From NCBI GenBank assembly GCA_964434265.1, contig CAYSUK010000001.1, forward strand, positions 47,126-111,125: a DNA stretch of 64,000 bases, written 5' to 3'. Below the pieces are notes generated by a model. It saw only the letters and a list, made by a program, of their open reading frames with translations. It was not told the DNA's origin and made no database searches. The DNA is from an uncultured Christensenella sp. (GTDB lineage Bacteria; Bacillota; Clostridia; Christensenellales; UBA1242). A program made the translations under genes and the position numbers. Positions 15,001 through 19,764 of the stretch are shown here, piece after piece; positions within the stretch are counted from its first letter, which is position 1, and each line of letters opens with the position of its first letter.

Positions 15001-16947
15001 ACTAAGAGTGACCCATATCTAATAGCGACTGCTGATCAATTTAGATATCTACAATATCTTGTAAATAGCGGAAATACTACTTACAATAGTATCAGCAAGT
15101 ACTACAAAATCACTGCCGACCTTGACCTTGGTGGTGGAATAAGCACTATGCTTGGTACAGCTGTAGATAATAATTATCGCGAGAGTAATATAGGACACTT
15201 TAATGGACACTTAGATGGTGACTTCCACACTATCTCAAATATGATAATATTTGACCCTTACAGCGATAGATTTGTTGGATTTATGCCATATCCAAATATT
15301 GGTGCTACTCTTAAAAACCTAAATCTTGACAACTATACTATATTCGGCAGTGCATATTATGTCGGCGGTATCGTAGGTTGTGGCTATGAAGGAGTAAATA
15401 TCGACAATGTAAGCATCACAAATGGTTATGTCGCTGGACTAGGCATATATTTGGGTGGTATAGTCGGTTATATCAAAACTAATACTTCTGATTCGATAGT
15501 TAAAAATTCATCATTTAGTGGTATACTCACAGGTACTGCAGGTGTGCAAGGTGGTATAGTAGGTTTTACTTATCATAATAATTCTGACTACAATATCTAT
15601 ATCCAAAATTGTAGTACTGACGGACTATCTATTACTGGATATGCTATATCAGGCGGTATATTAGGTCAAAGCCACGTTGATGGTAATAATACAACAAAGA
15701 CATATATCACAAACTGTGTAAACAATATGAAGTTGCTTGTATCCACAGGAGAAGTAGGTGGTATTGTAGGTTATACATACAATACTGAAATAGAAAACTG
15801 CTACAATAATGGCGAAATAGTATTATATTATTATGTTATAGCAGAAAGTAGTGATACTTACTACAATACTGATGAAAACTTTAATAATGGTACATATAGT
15901 ACAAACACAGAATACAACACATTCTATGGTGAAATTGTTGGACGTAACTATAATAATCTAAACAATTCGACAGTTATTAAAAACACTTACTATAATGAAG
16001 CCAAGAAAATTGTTCTTTCAAATATGAGTAAGAATGGAATACTTCTTCCATATGGTGACAAGAATATACTTGGACATACACCAAATGGATATAGTATTTG
16101 GACTACTACACGTGATATAGGAGCTACGTATATTGACAACATTGGCAGTGCAGAGATGAAATACGAGTCCGAATTGAAGGAACAAGGAAACTTCGCTGCA
16201 TGGGACACTTACACTGTATGGAATGTCGACGGAACTAGTTTGCCAACACTTCGTTGGGCTACTCAAAATAGACTTTATCTTGAGGGTGAAGGTCTTAGAA
16301 TATCTGATGACGGTCTAGCGGTAATAGTAGATGGCGGCAAGATTACATTTGCTGACGGGGTAAGACCTGTCGCAGATAGTGACGGACGTATATATGTTTA
16401 TGCAAGCGGTAGTGCTCTTGATGTAAACCTTGTTCCTGACACAAACAATGAGTTGGAGTCAGCACAAGTGAGAGAGTACTATGGAAGTACATATACTACA
16501 CTTAATAGTTCGAGCATAGACTTCGATACATATAGCGACGGAACATCGTTTAAGGTGCTTAAAGTATCCTTTGTAAATAGCGAGTTTAGCATCACTATAA
16601 ATACTTCGCTTTCACGCGGAAATGGTATCGCAATTGGCGGATACGAGACTTTGCATATTGTGATTCTAAACGTTACTACAAATCAAGCATACACTTGCAC
16701 TCTTGATGACGGAACATATGTGTTTGATGGGCTACTTGCTGGTGACTATTATGTCGCAGTGTACACTTCGATGTTCTTCAATGTTTCAAACATTACATGT
16801 TCGACAAGCGGTGTTGAGTTTGCAAATTCTGAGTTCTATTATACACTTAGTCTTTCAAATTCGACATCGGCAAATGCTACTATCAACATCACAGCCAATA
16901 AGACTGTTGATGCTTGGATATACAGTAAGGTTGAGATAGGTGCATAA
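1..16947 (+). CDS. Giant surface/adhesin-like protein; the 5' end lies outside the window (>=5648 codons here). Ig/B-repeat-like arrays are interspersed with GLUG-type beta-helix modules.
   Basis: Frame 1 is open from nt 1: 40 sense codons precede the first ATG at 121, and no SD sits in front of it. A single TAA ends the frame at 16945-16947. The composition is T/S/N/G/Y-rich and extracellular in type. A unit junction W-x-D...(A)P(T/S)GSGT..PY.I..A..F.W recurs at nt 898-1000 and 10279-10380. Related G.(S/T)G..P(I/Y).I.TA.Q segments occur at 13941-13995 and 14989-15050. Each is followed by Y(Y/F)..(T/G).(A/N).(I)D(I/L)(N/D/S)L. GG(I/L/V)(V/L)G repeats occur every ~25-30 aa at ~14340-14700 and ~15360-15800. 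Y.F..W motifs typical of Listeria-Bacteroides B-repeats occur at nt 5521, 6319, 7168, 7486, 8884 and 13033. Confidence 0.85.
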   Translation, partial: TLNSANSYTSASTISGTTGTNSNGYRAYTFTVSSSNTSTSMTGSLTAYSYSTEKMYKHSIENNAGLSSSQVYLTSSLSGSTKYTSLFTIAGTDIKLNYPATSGEYLDAAVTRTGKVENTAASGYDYTATTSDVVNTVTYSLATYEDYIFIQQEGSAVGDDLVSEFCYGDGGVINIPDEIWGDYDDDLEYWDYNNETYVTWANSPLRNVIRKSAYVTIDDTNYLGIMSTAVGIYQSRPAEAKTKGTVVTATVHFPVGYKVGSISYNGVTITPTSTTTTSATFSYTVAGVEGAELVINVVQNKWNDSDNIVAPTGSGTSSSPYVIDTAAKFGWMVNKINSGGSYATAYYSIGADINLGTDANGNTMYIDPIKTFSGTISGSALYSIIDMNINQEYACFMHTNNGTISDLIFVDPCFTGAKFAGLVYNNGTYTSSSSYTTGTIECVGMRTDDSIRGLYAMEVVEYMGDVEFGVVSMVYFNSVDSYMFDVFCAVKVYGDVYGLAYLHSGAIYDAYTDFSIAKATSASTKFYALAYLLNGYSDDNNAYVANFYTPSTGMSSVADTRYVFDGAQCACIDFVCYFVDGEYSNGTGYLQDGGHNNFYAEPVGMTTAELQDVNNYYFEDFSYWIFTPDDSDISNNIYRGQKYDPSNKYPLLTMGAETNLLSVYFRYTLNNNGTTTTGDIDSVKITQYGWSMENWYTWVEKNKAFSFKVIKDNVSYDTPVYLTSIKSDRGFSYSFELTPSRYATATYTISASNAVFDDYSAVIMLYFSTAESSFDSDYDIFMTGKEYNDAMDGRHYDYAVAASTTSNGTARAKTYNYSIDTAYGALVVQTLKVGDAEILSGHLTTAVTKYIYLNGSTYSANSSKSGTGTYIGKVVVTPSSVRAGKIELYELKEDIFIKAELYVAYQVTYTGLNSSVQNTITTYYSTSAITTSTTSTKLGDVRTSGGLAGTTSGPYYAPVMSNGNTTFVGSVIKGNSKSFTLGAAKHNNTTDYTNTNYASTADYAHSVGVIDLASTTNSVATLEYRFGPGAYDYTITLDISKTTTAPSAVVVRLLDSNDNELQSEPFTSIGPGSKVVLKKVDASLTGLQLEAVVTAASGKAYRVIWNDLYKGTAGNKFKCDNPTGPRSYTLYVVELFKATIKNKYNDNGYASTWAKEKVNPTLKITYTASTASLKFVGAPETTFAAGFADENNIFTSSQVIDYGSKVEFSRGDAIVNDDYKIYFSHIYSNVDQDKDSEKTITACTSDPSIEFKYNIVVREIRTTITNKNLDKHPNDYIGVSLLYASSNTTVDGYNTCYGGAYVIKYVDIVDANNRDKPIEGEDLKSIRGTRIFNVVGGELIKVIRSDDKDINGNYVNSIQTITQSNSGNNDVFDVVKNESDKLIGRYGYVKDNALFEFTYYPYVQIGANVGRIATSMNANNNYSTLLNGTFTIQGKEVSKDENGYYIENSKAQYFASENDVFETPIYICITYTIHKERLKGWEDNGWYIGSTLIENGGAVELNKTKIGTYVVLDSESGNYKIYTLKFPCSIEDSDAIENKEYVLKFTETTVSYTAYSKLTSGGKTTENNAVATKTLWEFGDASYTGSGTLIATSNNDRINATLGYHGYYRFEIVSSKLDEYNYDTYSYSGLEDTDVTSSYITNDGSDYDIDTIISGIRLDFTHPTGAVSTSATFKKWHNVPTVIYKVNYVSTGYTGKYLLHGGRFNNYMLIEESYEFVIADIHFSGTATLGDGNLSFNKVLEGSTFRVTVSVHENLFTCLTETNADGEIEVEITGDTSITLEFKENVYTINYRRNNDNELLYPNKDIDPDVDIDVLKLGSLVGVLEPYNIPAISKTSPGDEYVFEEWSCTNKSFDTEDVIFNDKADINTSLYMIYGEDGATYDIYANWRRKYYNTFNIGDNNGVETTQKTKDDNTRVGGTLTSISVKNDPEKGKNEKYQYSNTATVSYTANAGYTFTGLKVNKVTIGTVEKDSGTITISDDGITVSRNYSTCNIKTNSTITYGGNTYYVKDNFLYLDAEHVVHYGEFDYQVSDGYVYIYDIPDVKITACFEENTYNLNITQPSGGEITITSHTSSAPDIQYSNSLPTRITLGYFSSVTLTYTNTNANYRFQSWNCDKKDYVDLVSANPTTLSLNDKGINEGVTSIDISVGEYKQVKITNTDRSYLIRFLQDSEASWSRLTLRNIMLDGSSVVWIYDNFVLVYEVSGNNTIMTTNWTRTCTNSSHVAEGLSEHTTECDDCKFTSVDMYVVLNDAAPDTLNITMHLGHYYIGDDVNVNPNPDSAEFYSSYFKNVNLWKNGIGYVSDYLTLTGDATSSVTASIKASTTGFDTVLPIAEFTARPYDDVSAEDHTSTNNERVYVATQNTPSLKVLEGAYVKIVAEDYVDSNARKSYKFSHWTFEPSDAEYGDADWMSDTETHTASLEFQVFASRAGTYTAHYTYAYSLNTDSGKTTDDGKTFTTANVTSATLTASGTKYYSADNKYLAGSTVTLTAALQSGYAFQGWYLYDGENYTKIDSDTTGFTTISDNTLVFTVGGKDCDNNTIPGVDLETYDIVFIGTPLLAYQFGGATGAPSATYTVSGDGVYSVTGGTLSGNTATMTAVGGTYMTVYVKEGTTITFTMSKSETSARATGVLNGSTTLDANTIPQVTFIDYGISGLTYSMTALGGTAGKYEVVYTNIYSVVAKSAATVTDTHVTASYKDNISNSIITITASSTGITYNGVTYYDHNTTIELSATIPVGHDFVSWVTNSTTYTNSTQTITLISSITSLTLNISEIEYDITKVMQVSIPNGFNNNIKEDTTWTSDSFGSFAYTSDHVSDSTKVGYFGKITIGDFTSGKYLYISGSKAYYDSEYKHEVYSGLYSISGSTLTYLGAEYSISSNNTAEVWSMYTNPIYAVTGGTLSQDGITIENIRGAITITCTAEMQGKLNNSTKNNKTDTILDSASQSTLKMTDTVTYTAATKAGYVFKGWVEYNCNNVRNTAVGGYYSTESSITIKLNEENNGNYYVAVYNPTFSLTVGANTFDQCASIKVSFGDTEETLTNPTQTKVYSNIEWGTTITLVATPKGQNRTNYWTLTYGDQTQTSSGSTIKFNIQDNATAIHEFLTQHTITVTHDKEFTTTGGTWSIQQSSLSNGEWSDWTNVTTDGFVGATGSKIFTKADDGIRYRVVITTNTHHYVTLSASGNGYTIDGSNNTYVTSGTLTSYVYFNGADSNGVTEDSTLTISHTGLNYINITTSPSGLGNTVTVDENIGGSTSGSSKLSTIIRKNNGSAELSTTAVAGYDTPTWSTNAGTLSATSGLSSSLSYTWSADTLGKTYNITLTYKNNSNKSISLNVIGFTSDLHYTSMKGTTDLKIGDDLIHPSEISNLSLASGVTSIRFSGFVSSEVKKLTLTDGTTTSTVDVVDDNAYIEYTIPSGAGDSISLTLTITNNTWIDSGNYTAPSGSGTAADPYQIANAQNFAWISYKSAKDRESFDGKYFVQTGNIDLSGHLWLPIQHFNGVFVGSHDYLISNQACYGHSYHFEDEDDTFMEGDYDYTIGSLFANSDGGVFKSLRLKNKRNYDSYDDCDSIMHTSTKALLLGNGRDVVIDGIKIEESDFYAHGNGGALVANLHGGKITNIYIDFVQMKFDIVYLNTLLIGRISKGDATYYDSNGNASNVVIENVYIDAGVAFSIIGNIETDVSLLNIYFRGDVQVQTFIIMIDEYSVTLENVVLYGLTGNVDYGNIIGICDGISVNCTDVWCHCFYDNITFLNGTTPTGVTFVTGEDTSSLENFIKSLYEKGGNPWFYNIPGKNTYDDDFGMDLFGERVTSSSDDTVTIEDGSIKLSGDVSITKFKNALSALATNSEVTKVELFSSIDFKGASLDTMYTIPAGKTFDGHGYTISGIKAVRDMTDGRFEAGIFSQINGTLRRTIFENIYVYVSSGAATTCTYSHIGLIFGYSNGATISNVTVKNSRLNVVFDGLCAVDDTSYPNIGLLGGANDQSNFTYIDIINSKITFSQYGATTQEAFKIAGFIGYSASGSINNVQVDTDIIVDSSSNMHIVSGLVGTQRTSVTNAAITGDITSTSSSSNVYPIAGITWGAANSYSVSTAYVSGTFSPKASTLYGTTDSISYTNVYVSELASSASGTKTDAEMKSYSTYEGFNLDEMWYSTAEELSWFMDGFTYNDHSENNGYPYFSVASNNFKFTLNLSGDGASGVRANLNSYQKSHVLDAAGTVNRLFEVNDLDVYEDIYVYVKGNNGYYLDTAESTIDLTESSSPISLESWISSIGLTVDGCYSDEDKFTLFTLPMQSHSEYDVTLNLVVKKVDYTITATASGHGSVVSGAGSYKTGDTVTLVASANSSDDEYCMHQFVGWYKGNTLKSTKLTYSFTASESTAGEYEAKFCSGSNCLYKVKTSITSGVESTVSPSDTGFMNVGESVELKANLTSSEEIVSITRDGVEIYNKIDGVLDTSYTVDLTENTLTLSFTMRTATKGQYLFNVGMTSRLVTVNIPNVGGSTINQTDAYSAHGVITLAPEGGATSVINANSTMGTVNVLYGKTLTITFMSDIRYKLDSVSTSITGGNTSFTASTSTVDGYTRYTYTYTTDAITDDATITLNLVKDRWVDISYDENTSTYSFGAGHSAEFITANGGTAANEISASSATFGTDQAYKGLSGNPIVISTAAQLARVSYLVNIGATFMTYIDGELTQVYYHNAYYKITADIDLNNYFWTPINAINVDTTYSVSTSMNIVSETQNSIKNMYIRYDGEEEAIDHTDNFSYVGFFGSSVKDTITGITFDNAVIYNSHGSGRSGAVAGMSYYSQFNFITVKNSTFNFASYGAGLVGQTIGDTFNYVNSISNTAKVIAGSTYTSFGGIVAYMYRSTINNASVSGLNIITPDNYNYYSFEIGGVVGVNMSSVVKDVVVDTITTNGNNIYLSSISYEAYYGSEYINVWSKESTNLIAKNYSNGTINVLNGTPDLSTLGLSSDTWYVSGGVAYTKGYGAGTNTISRIADVTTGGFAGGTGTKSDPYLIATADQFRYLQYLVNSGNTTYNSISKYYKITADLDLGGGISTMLGTAVDNNYRESNIGHFNGHLDGDFHTISNMIIFDPYSDRFVGFMPYPNIGATLKNLNLDNYTIFGSAYYVGGIVGCGYEGVNIDNVSITNGYVAGLGIYLGGIVGYIKTNTSDSIVKNSSFSGILTGTAGVQGGIVGFTYHNNSDYNIYIQNCSTDGLSITGYAISGGILGQSHVDGNNTTKTYITNCVNNMKLLVSTGEVGGIVGYTYNTEIENCYNNGEIVLYYYVIAESSDTYYNTDENFNNGTYSTNTEYNTFYGEIVGRNYNNLNNSTVIKNTYYNEAKKIVLSNMSKNGILLPYGDKNILGHTPNGYSIWTTTRDIGATYIDNIGSAEMKYESELKEQGNFAAWDTYTVWNVDGTSLPTLRWATQNRLYLEGEGLRISDDGLAVIVDGGKITFADGVRPVADSDGRIYVYASGSALDVNLVPDTNNELESAQVREYYGSTYTTLNSSSIDFDTYSDGTSFKVLKVSFVNSEFSITINTSLSRGNGIAIGGYETLHIVILNVTTNQAYTCTLDDGTYVFDGLLAGDYYVAVYTSMFFNVSNITCSTSGVEFANSEFYYTLSLSNSTSANATINITANKTVDAWIYSKVEIGA

Positions 16948-17116
16948 TCTATCTTGACCCGCCTTATGGCGGTGACTCTTGGAGTCAAAATCTTGATATG
17001 TACTTGGCACACAAACTTAAATATAAAGAATTAAGCAATCAAAAATTATTTAAAATCAATGTGCCAATATACATATAGACAAAAGTTTGGCGGTCTTATG
17101 ACTGCGGATAAAAAAA

Positions 17117-17140
17117 CCTTATTTTACATAAGGTCTTTTG
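17117..17140 (+). terminator. Rho-independent terminator candidate (first of a tandem pair)
   Basis: Hairpin CCTTAT-TTTAC-ATAAGG followed by TCTTTTG. Confidence 0.5.
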
Positions 17141-17149
17141 TCGTTTAAA

Positions 17150-17179
17150 AGGAAGTCATATTTGGCTTTCTTTTTTTTA
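17150..17179 (+). terminator. Rho-independent terminator candidate (second of a tandem pair)
   Basis: Stem AGGAAGTCA / TGGCTTTCT (two G-U pairs), loop TATT, followed by a T8 run. Confidence 0.55.
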
Positions 17180-17384
17180 TTTTACATTATCTGTCATATG
17201 CGTGTTTTTTGTGACAAATTGTGCGAGTAGTGGCCTTGCGATTTTTGTCGAAAAGGGGAGAATAGTGACGTGTTGTGACTTAGTATGTCGATATGATAAT
17301 AAAATTTAAGAAAAACCCATAAATTTATTAGAAATCAGTCGAGTTTTGGATTATAATGCAAGTATAAATCAAGGAGGAAAAAAT

Positions 17385-17624
17385 ATGAAAGAATTATCAA
17401 TGGAGACAATAATAGAAAAATTGTCACAACTTTATGTAACAAAGTTTTTAGAAAAACTAACTCTTACTGAAAAGTTAAACAACTTTGCTTTATCCCAACT
17501 TCAAGATCGTAGCGTGTCAGATGAGTTTGTAAAACTCAATGAACGTTTGACGGAGTCGTTGCTCATACTTGAAAAGCTTGTATATATTTTTGAGCAACTT
17601 GGTATTTGTGATGATGTGGCATAA
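17385..17624 (+). CDS. Small hypothetical helical protein (79 aa)
   Basis: ATG at 17385 lies 7 nt after AAGGAGGA. The TTG start at 17346 in the ORF track has no SD. A terminator follows directly. I recognise no family. Confidence 0.55.
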   Translation: MKELSMETIIEKLSQLYVTKFLEKLTLTEKLNNFALSQLQDRSVSDEFVKLNERLTESLLILEKLVYIFEQLGICDDVA

Positions 17625-17665
17625 TATGATTAAGTAGTAATGTGATTTTTAAAAATTGAATTACA

Positions 17666-17705
17666 TAAAAAAACACTCAGTAAATTTATACTGAGTGTTT
17701 TTATA
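17666..17705. terminator. Bidirectional terminator between the 79-aa ORF and rpsT
   Basis: Perfect 10-bp stem ACACTCAGTA (17673-17682) / TACTGAGTGT (17689-17698), flanked by an A7 run upstream and a T5 run downstream. Confidence 0.8.
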
Positions 17706-17715
17706 TTGTCTACTA

Positions 17716-18183
17716 TTATTTCTCTTCTTTTTTAGCAGTAGTCTTTTTAGCTGTTGTAGCCTTCTTAGCAGGTGCTTTTTCAGTTGTAGCCTTCTTAGCA
17801 GCTGTAGCTTTTTTTGCAGAGGCTTTTTTCTCTGCTTTTACTTCTTCTACAACTTCAACTTTCTCTTCTTTCTCTACCTTTGCTACTTTTTCTACTTTAG
17901 CAACAGTGTTTTTACTGTTTGCTTTTGCTTTGTTTAGAGCAAGGTTTAGACGAGATATCTTTCTGCTAGCATTGTTTTTATGAATAACACCTTTTGAGCA
18001 TGCTGAGTTGATGTAAGCAACAGTGTCGTTTAGTTTTGCTTCTGCTTCTTCTACTTTGCCTTCTGCAACAAGTTTTCTAAAACTTTTTACCATAGTAGCA
18101 AGAGTGCTTTTTACATAACGATTTTCGCTTCTCTCTCTATCATTTGTGTTTATTCTCTTTTTTGCTGATTTGATGTTTGCCAC
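17716..18183 (-). CDS. rpsT: 30S ribosomal protein S20 with a ~69-aa Lys/Ala/Glu-rich C-terminal extension
   Basis: The N-terminus MANIKSAKKRI...NR..KS......K........G....A......A...I..A..KGVIHKNNA.RK.SRL is the S20 signature. The protein is 155 aa against ~85-90 aa for typical S20. Confidence 0.93.
   Translation of the reverse strand: MANIKSAKKRINTNDRERSENRYVKSTLATMVKSFRKLVAEGKVEEAEAKLNDTVAYINSACSKGVIHKNNASRKISRLNLALNKAKANSKNTVAKVEKVAKVEKEEKVEVVEEVKAEKKASAKKATAAKKATTEKAPAKKATTAKKTTAKKEEK
17753..17801. repeat. In-frame direct repeat inside the rpsT tail
   Basis: GTTGTAGCCTTCTTAGCAG occurs at 17753-17771 and again at 17783-17801 (30-nt period). It encodes the reiterated AKKATT units. Confidence 0.85.
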
Positions 18184-18245
18184 TTTATTTTCTCCTTAAA
18201 ATATACAAATTTCATTTTTGCTCCACTATTTTATCACAAATAAAT

Positions 18246-18275
18246 GTAAATAGCAAGGATTATTTGGGAATATTA
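18246..18275 (+). promoter_or_regulatory. Possible forespore (SigF/SigG-type) promoter upstream of gpr
   Basis: GTAAA - 15 nt - GGGAATATTA loosely resembles the B. subtilis SigF consensus GCATR-15-GGHRARHTX. This is a weak, by-eye match only. Confidence 0.25.
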
Positions 18276-18303
18276 TATATATAATTTACTTTTTGGGGGA
18301 CTT

Positions 18304-19143
18304 ATGAAGAGTGATATTTTGTTTGACCGCATAGGATTTGAAGCGGGCAGTGATTTGTGCGGCGGAAAGAGTGTTTTGAGAAAACTAAAACATGGTTTGA
18401 TTAGAGAAGATTTTTCGATTAAGGATATGTCGACATCTAGGAAACTTGCAAAGCCTATTGGTGATTATACCTTGCTTACAATTGATAGTTATACTGACAA
18501 TGTCGATAAGGTGTATTATATAATTGACATTTTGAGTAAAATACTTGGCGAGTATATCGGTGATACTGATGGCAAACGCATACTTGTTGTGGGGCTTGGA
18601 AACCGATATATTACGGCCGACACTTTGGGGCACGAAGTAGTGAGCAGAGTGGTCGTGAGTGGTAAAGGGACGATTGTGAATGCAATTGTTCCGAGTGTCA
18701 AAGGGCTGACGGGGATAGAGAGCTGTGACATTGTGGAAGGTGTGGTCAAAAAGACCAAACCTGACGTGGTGGTCGTGGTGGATTCGTTGTGTGCGAGCGA
18801 CATAAAACGGATTGGCACGTGTATTCAGTTTTCAAATGGTGGCATGACCCCGGGATCGGGTATTCGTAGTCCAAGGCGAGCACTTTCTAGTAAAAACCTT
18901 GGGTGCAAGGTCGTATCTATCGGGGTGCCGTTTGTGGTGTATGTAAGCACAATTATCGACACAATGTTTGGCGGTATGCAAGGTACTATGCAAAGGGACA
19001 AAGTCGCCCGAAACAAAGCCGAACTTGAAAATATGGTTATGACCCCGAGCGATATTGATGTGCGAGTGGAAGAACTGGGCAAAATAATATCGACCGCTCT
19101 AAACAAAACACTACTTGGTGTCGACGGATATAGCGACTTTTAG
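18304..19143 (+). CDS. gpr: GPR endopeptidase (spore germination protease)
   Basis: Motifs seen: RILVVGLGNRYITADTLG, VVVVDSLCA, and GG.TPGSGI. The divergent rpsT-gpr neighbourhood matches Bacillus and Clostridium. Confidence 0.88.
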   Translation: MKSDILFDRIGFEAGSDLCGGKSVLRKLKHGLIREDFSIKDMSTSRKLAKPIGDYTLLTIDSYTDNVDKVYYIIDILSKILGEYIGDTDGKRILVVGLGNRYITADTLGHEVVSRVVVSGKGTIVNAIVPSVKGLTGIESCDIVEGVVKKTKPDVVVVVDSLCASDIKRIGTCIQFSNGGMTPGSGIRSPRRALSSKNLGCKVVSIGVPFVVYVSTIIDTMFGGMQGTMQRDKVARNKAELENMVMTPSDIDVRVEELGKIISTALNKTLLGVDGYSDF

Positions 19144-19178
19144 GTATTTTAGCAGGTGTGGTGGCAATATAATTTAGT

Positions 19179-19697
19179 ATGAGAAAAAGTGGTTTTGTAG
19201 TGCTTGGAATAATTGTGGCTCTGGCATGTGTGGTTGTTTTGTTTGCAGTCAGTTTTCCTGTTCGAAATAAAAAATTTGTGGCAAGTGTTTGCGAAAAATA
19301 CGACCTTGAAGTGAGTCTGGTTTTGGCGGTTATTAATGTCGAAAGTGGTTGGGACGAAGACGCAGTATCTAGTAGTGGTGCGGTTGGGGTTATGCAAGTT
19401 ATGCCAAGCACGGCTGAAGAAGTGGCTATGCGGCTTGGACTTACAAATTATGACATTACAGATTTTGAAGATAATGTGACGATAGGTTGTTGGTATCTAA
19501 GATATCTACTTGATATGTTTGGTGATTTAAGGCTTGCACTTTGCGCATACAATGCCGGGCCCAATAATGTCCGTGATTGGCTTGATAATCCAGAGTATAG
19601 TGACAATGGTAAACTTACAAAAATACCCTTTAAAGAAACCCGTAATTATGTGAAAAAGGTGAATTTTAATAAAAAGGTATACGATATTTTAATTTAA
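19179..19697 (+). CDS. Membrane-anchored lytic transglycosylase (SLT domain)
   Basis: An N-terminal TM helix is followed by the catalytic INVESGW, then GVMQVMP, then AYNAGP. Confidence 0.85.
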   Translation: MRKSGFVVLGIIVALACVVVLFAVSFPVRNKKFVASVCEKYDLEVSLVLAVINVESGWDEDAVSSSGAVGVMQVMPSTAEEVAMRLGLTNYDITDFEDNVTIGCWYLRYLLDMFGDLRLALCAYNAGPNNVRDWLDNPEYSDNGKLTKIPFKETRNYVKKVNFNKKVYDILI

Positions 19698-19764
19698 TTT
19701 GTGTCGTTATAATTGACTAATGCGGTCGCTTGTGCTAATATGTAAACATATTAGGAGTAAAATT

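Noticed and set aside
17695-17937. 80-aa plus-strand ORF (F/L/S/C-rich).
   Set aside because: It is the antisense reading of the repetitive Lys/Ala tail of rpsT. It is low-complexity and has no SD, and the rpsT frame is clearly the real one.
19698-19764. T-box or riboswitch leader upstream of lysS.
   Set aside because: The intergenic space is only ~67 nt, too short for a T-box leader, and no specifier or terminator architecture is visible.
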